DNA of 64,000 nucleotides. It comes from Acipenser ruthenus. Lineage: Eukaryota. The notes below the pieces were generated by a model. That model ran no database searches. It had not been told where the DNA came from and worked only from the letters and a program-made list of their open reading frames with translations. Both the position numbers and the translations under genes were made by a program. Every line of letters begins with the position of its first letter. The stretch's first letter is position 1. The stretch spans positions 9,908,261 to 9,972,260 of the forward strand of contig NC_081212.1 of NCBI RefSeq assembly GCF_902713425.1, written 5' to 3'. Of this stretch, positions 60,420-64,000 are shown in pieces.

Positions 60420-61214
60420 AATGCTATATTGGGAAACCATACTGTACAGCAACTTGCATTTAGACCTTCTAATCTTCTGTTTTTATTTCCCAGAGTGGTT
60501 TAAGTGTGGTAACAATCAAACTGATATTATCAGAACCTCATTAACTCCCATTATATTCTGTCCAGGACATTTTAATGCGGTGATAAGAAGCAGAGTGACA
60601 TTAAGTGATATTAAGAATGGTCAAGATACAAACTGTCAGACAGGCCCTCCAATTTGAACCACAGCTACATACATCTCATTATTCATGGATTGTTTTTGGT
60701 CTGGTATTGCCATAGAAGAAGGATTCTGTAAAACATTTATTTGCAAACCAAACTTCCTGCTTGATAAATGTACCGGCACCTGTTTCACAACACCAGGGTT
60801 TCAGTAGCCATGGTGACAAATAAAGGTCACCTGACAACCAGACTGTAATGGCAATGATTCACTCTGCACACACAAACACACAGAAAACTGCCTGGCAGTA
60901 AATTTGACCTGGTGGTTACAACTGAGGGACTGAGGGAGACAGTGTGGCCTACTGTTTTCAACAGAGGGGTTGGGAGGGAGGAAATGCGGCCTAGAGGTTA
61001 GATTTTAGTGACTGAGAAGAAAGCAGTGTTGTAATTCAAGCTGAGGGACTAAAATGTTTAAAGCGACCCGTAAAATGCATTAATCCGTTAAAATGAAAAT
61101 ACAGGTTTGCTAGAATGAGTTTCTTTCAAAACTGCACACTTGAGACCTATGTAGCTAATGGAAGTGCATGACAGGGAAGACTTTTGAAATTATTTTGGTA
61201 GGTACACTTTAGGG

Positions 61215-61410
61215 TGCAAGGTAATGACAGCGCTGGGGAGCTGAGAATGGGGTGTTTAGACTAGTACTCATTATTATGATGCAGGGTAATGACAGCACTG
61301 GAGAGCTGAGAATGGGGTGTTTAGACTAGTGCTCATTATTATGATGCAGGGTAATGACAGCACTGGAGAGCTGAGAATGGGGTGTTTAGACTAGTGCTCA
61401 TTATTAAGAT
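61215..61410. repeat. about 60-bp tandem repeat, 3 copies (ggtaatgacagcactggagagctgagaatggggtgtttagactagtgctcattattatgatgcag)
   Basis: direct reading. Confidence 0.85.
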
Positions 61411-62789
61411 ACATTCCTTGCCTACTATAGATGTTTCGGATAGGCTGTAATGAGATAAACTTCATTTTATACAAATAGTTTCAGATACTGTGCCATTAGT
61501 ATGGAATTATGAGGTAGGTGCATGCACTGGTTAATATTTGTTGTAAAGGTCAATATTTTGGTTAATAAAAAACAGAAGGTGGCAAAATGGTAAAAAAAAC
61601 CCAAAAAAACTTGAAATAATTCAAGGCTTTCTTGTTAAATTTTGTAACAAATGGAATGTGCATGACAATCTTTAGAACATTAATCTGGCCTACTGTATTG
61701 CATATACTATACAACAACAATTGCTTGGTGTCAAGAAACCTTTGCTAGAAATTGGTGAATACACCCCATATATATCCAGAATCTGATCTCACTAACTTAT
61801 GCCAAATAATGTTAATATCAAGTTTCAAGACAACTGGATACGCAGTTCTCCAGATATTCAGCTGTTCAATTGTTCTTCTCTTTAAATAGTCCATTTGAAT
61901 GGGGTATCAGGGTTCATTTACTTCAAAGATTTTACTGTAATATGGTACGGATCAAATTCTGAAAGAATATTCAAACATGAGAAGCCACTCTATGTTCTGT
62001 GTTTTCTTAGCAACACTGTTGTGTTCTGATGTCCAGTTAGTTCACTGGATCACAGCATGAGCCCTATCTCCTTGGCACATGCCTTGCTTGTCAGTATTAC
62101 CTGATCGTGAATTTTACACAACTCCTTCCCTACCCCAGCTAATCTTAGTGCCTATAAGTGACACCATTCTTAACCCATTAATCACACGGTCTCCCATAAA
62201 ATTACATCAGCTGATACAGATGAGATCTGATGTCTCCCCCGCCCTCCTACCCACGTCACTCCTTTCGAGTTTCTGCCTGTTTGGGCTAACAGCTAACTGC
62301 TCTACCCTTGTGACCAGCAGCTGCTATTCCAAATCAAACAGATTAGCATCAAGAGATACTTTACAGCACCACTTAAGAACATGTACAGAGACAGGAGGCC
62401 ATTCTGCCCATCTAAGGTCATCCGGTTAATAGAAACAGATTGATCTCAGAACTTTGTCAAGTTGGGTCTTAAAGAATCCAAGTAATTTGTGTTGCTTGAT
62501 ACATTATTAGCTAAAAATCTAATAGAGGAGAATGGGACTGTGGCAAAGTGGTTAAAAGTGTGCAGGTGCAGGTAATGGAGCAGTGATCAATGAACAGACA
62601 GACAACGATAATCCAGGCGCAATGGTGTTTTATTTGTACAATCCAATTGTCTGATGACACAGAACACAGTAAATAATAATGATTAACAAGCAATACAGCG
62701 GCGTGCATTGCTTTGTTGTAATCCACGGGTTGGTCCTGAAATAATAACAGTCCCATTCTTTTTACCCCCACACATAACACAAACACAAT

Positions 62790-63135
62790 CACCAGTCCAC
62801 AGTGCGTGCTCTAGTGCTCGTAGTGCAAACACAGTTTATCGTGAAAAGTAGTGTTTTCCGGATAATAACACAGGTTTCCTTCCGGTTCGGCATAACAATA
62901 CAAAGGAACAGATCACTTAGCATGCCCCCTTTTGTACCGTCAATCATGACCCCTTGGTTAACTAATGCAACCGCTCCTCCAATCCACGGCTGGCTGCCAC
63001 GTCGTTTCCCTTCTGGGTCGATGATTTAGTGTATTGTAGCTCTGCCCCCTCGGAATGAATTGTCTGGCCATCCAGTCCAGGGCACTCTGTTCCCTTTACA
63101 CAGCGCCCTCACAGGTCGGGAGAGAGATTTATCAC
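62790..63135 (+). repeat. copy of the roughly 500-bp dispersed repeat family (see 42960-43500)
   Basis: shared blocks …caaaggaacagatcac… and …gggcactctgttccctttacacagcgccctcacaggtc. Confidence 0.5.
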
Positions 63136-63379
63136 CAATAATCATTGTGTCTCTGTCACAGAGACCCACATCATAAAATGTACATATAATTATTTTTTAA
63201 TGTAACGTTATTAATTTTAAATTTTCCCAAAAAACATTGGATGTAAACTTTGATTTGTATGCCTGCATTACACTGTAGCCTGCAGTAGTCCTACAGGAAA
63301 CTGTACTCTGTAATGCATTTGCCTTTCACTCTTTTATGGAAAAGCAAAAGAAAGAACTAAAAGCTTGGTCACATTCACG

Positions 63380-63600
63380 TCAATGAATGAGGTTTAGTGT
63401 TTGAACAGAAAAGATGCAATTTTTAAAAATAAAGTCAAGGTGAAACAAAATGCATCGAGAAAGAAAGAATAGAAAGACCAAGGAAGAAGCAAGATAGAGA
63501 AAGAATAAAAGAAAGAATAAACAATGACAGAAAGGAAGGAAAAAAGAGAAAGAAAAAAACAAGAAAGACAGATAGAAAGATAGAAAGACTTAAAACAGAT
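63380..63600. repeat. purine-rich (AAGA/AAAG-like) low-complexity tract
   Basis: direct reading. Confidence 0.8.
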
Positions 63601-63859
63601 TTGTTTTAGGGGATAGACAGGTGCTGAGCCGAGTCACATGTTTCCCCTTACCACAGCACAAGGAAATTGGGTGGAAAATCCCTTCAGCTAATCGGGCGAG
63701 AAGTGCAATATAGAGCACGGGGGGAGAAACATGGCATGTCCAATCTGGGTTGGGTGCCCAGATTGTGTTTCACTCTGATGCACAGAAACCAATGAAAGAC
63801 TTTCTGCAGAAGTAATTTAAAGGGATCCCTACACATATGTAATCCACACCTTAAAAGGG

Positions 63860-64000
63860 AATATTTATTCATAGGAGGCAGTGTGGTCCAGTGGTTAAAG
63901 AAAAAGGGCTCGTAACCAGGAAGTCCCCGGTTCAAATCCCACCTCGGCCACTGACTCATTGTGTGACCCTGAGCAAGTCACTTAACCTCCTTGTGCTCCG
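63860..64000 (+). mobile_element. 5' part (tRNA-like head) of the second SINE family, running off the window end
   Basis: gaggcagtgtggtccagtggttaaag…ccaggaagtccccggttcaaatcccac (B box) …gtgaccctgagcaagtcacttaacc. Confidence 0.6.

Overview
The window is repeat-rich vertebrate (fish-like) nuclear DNA, not prokaryotic. There are no rRNA genes, CRISPR arrays or operons. Two host genes lie tail-to-tail. Ten coding exons of an RCC1-like gene (rcc1l / WBSCR16 orthologue) run on the + strand from 4916 to the stop codon at 25146; its 5' exons are not in the window. Seven coding exons of a CASTOR/GATS-like gene (cellular arginine sensor family) run on the - strand from 53733 down to the stop at 29236; its 5' exons were not found. 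Their introns are packed with transposable elements: CR1/L2-clade LINE fragments (some with an esterase ORF1 and RT); a fairly complete but interrupted CR1-like LINE (48800-52168); a DIRS/Ngaro-like tyrosine-recombinase retroelement fragment; a Ty3/gypsy pol fragment; a Tc1-like element with TIRs; a hAT transposase remnant; several tRNA-derived SINE families; a young gag-only LTR element with 611-bp LTRs and a 5-bp TSD (56766-60419); and a solo LTR of the same family with its own 5-bp TSD. Many micro- and minisatellites are present. The most unusual observation is that both genes carry tandem arrays built from copies of a 3' splice site plus the first few codons of the adjacent exon. In castor this is an array of about 8.6 kb (roughly 170 pseudo-acceptor units with a 1.5-kb higher-order period) that fills the intron directly upstream of exon DECGIVAQI. 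In rcc1l three copies are in tandem behind a 160-bp (TC)n, two of them in-frame 54-nt units, and one more copy sits 3.4 kb upstream on the far side of a LINE. A third, 2-copy mini-instance lies at another rcc1l exon. All calls come from manual translation and recall of protein families; no database search was possible.
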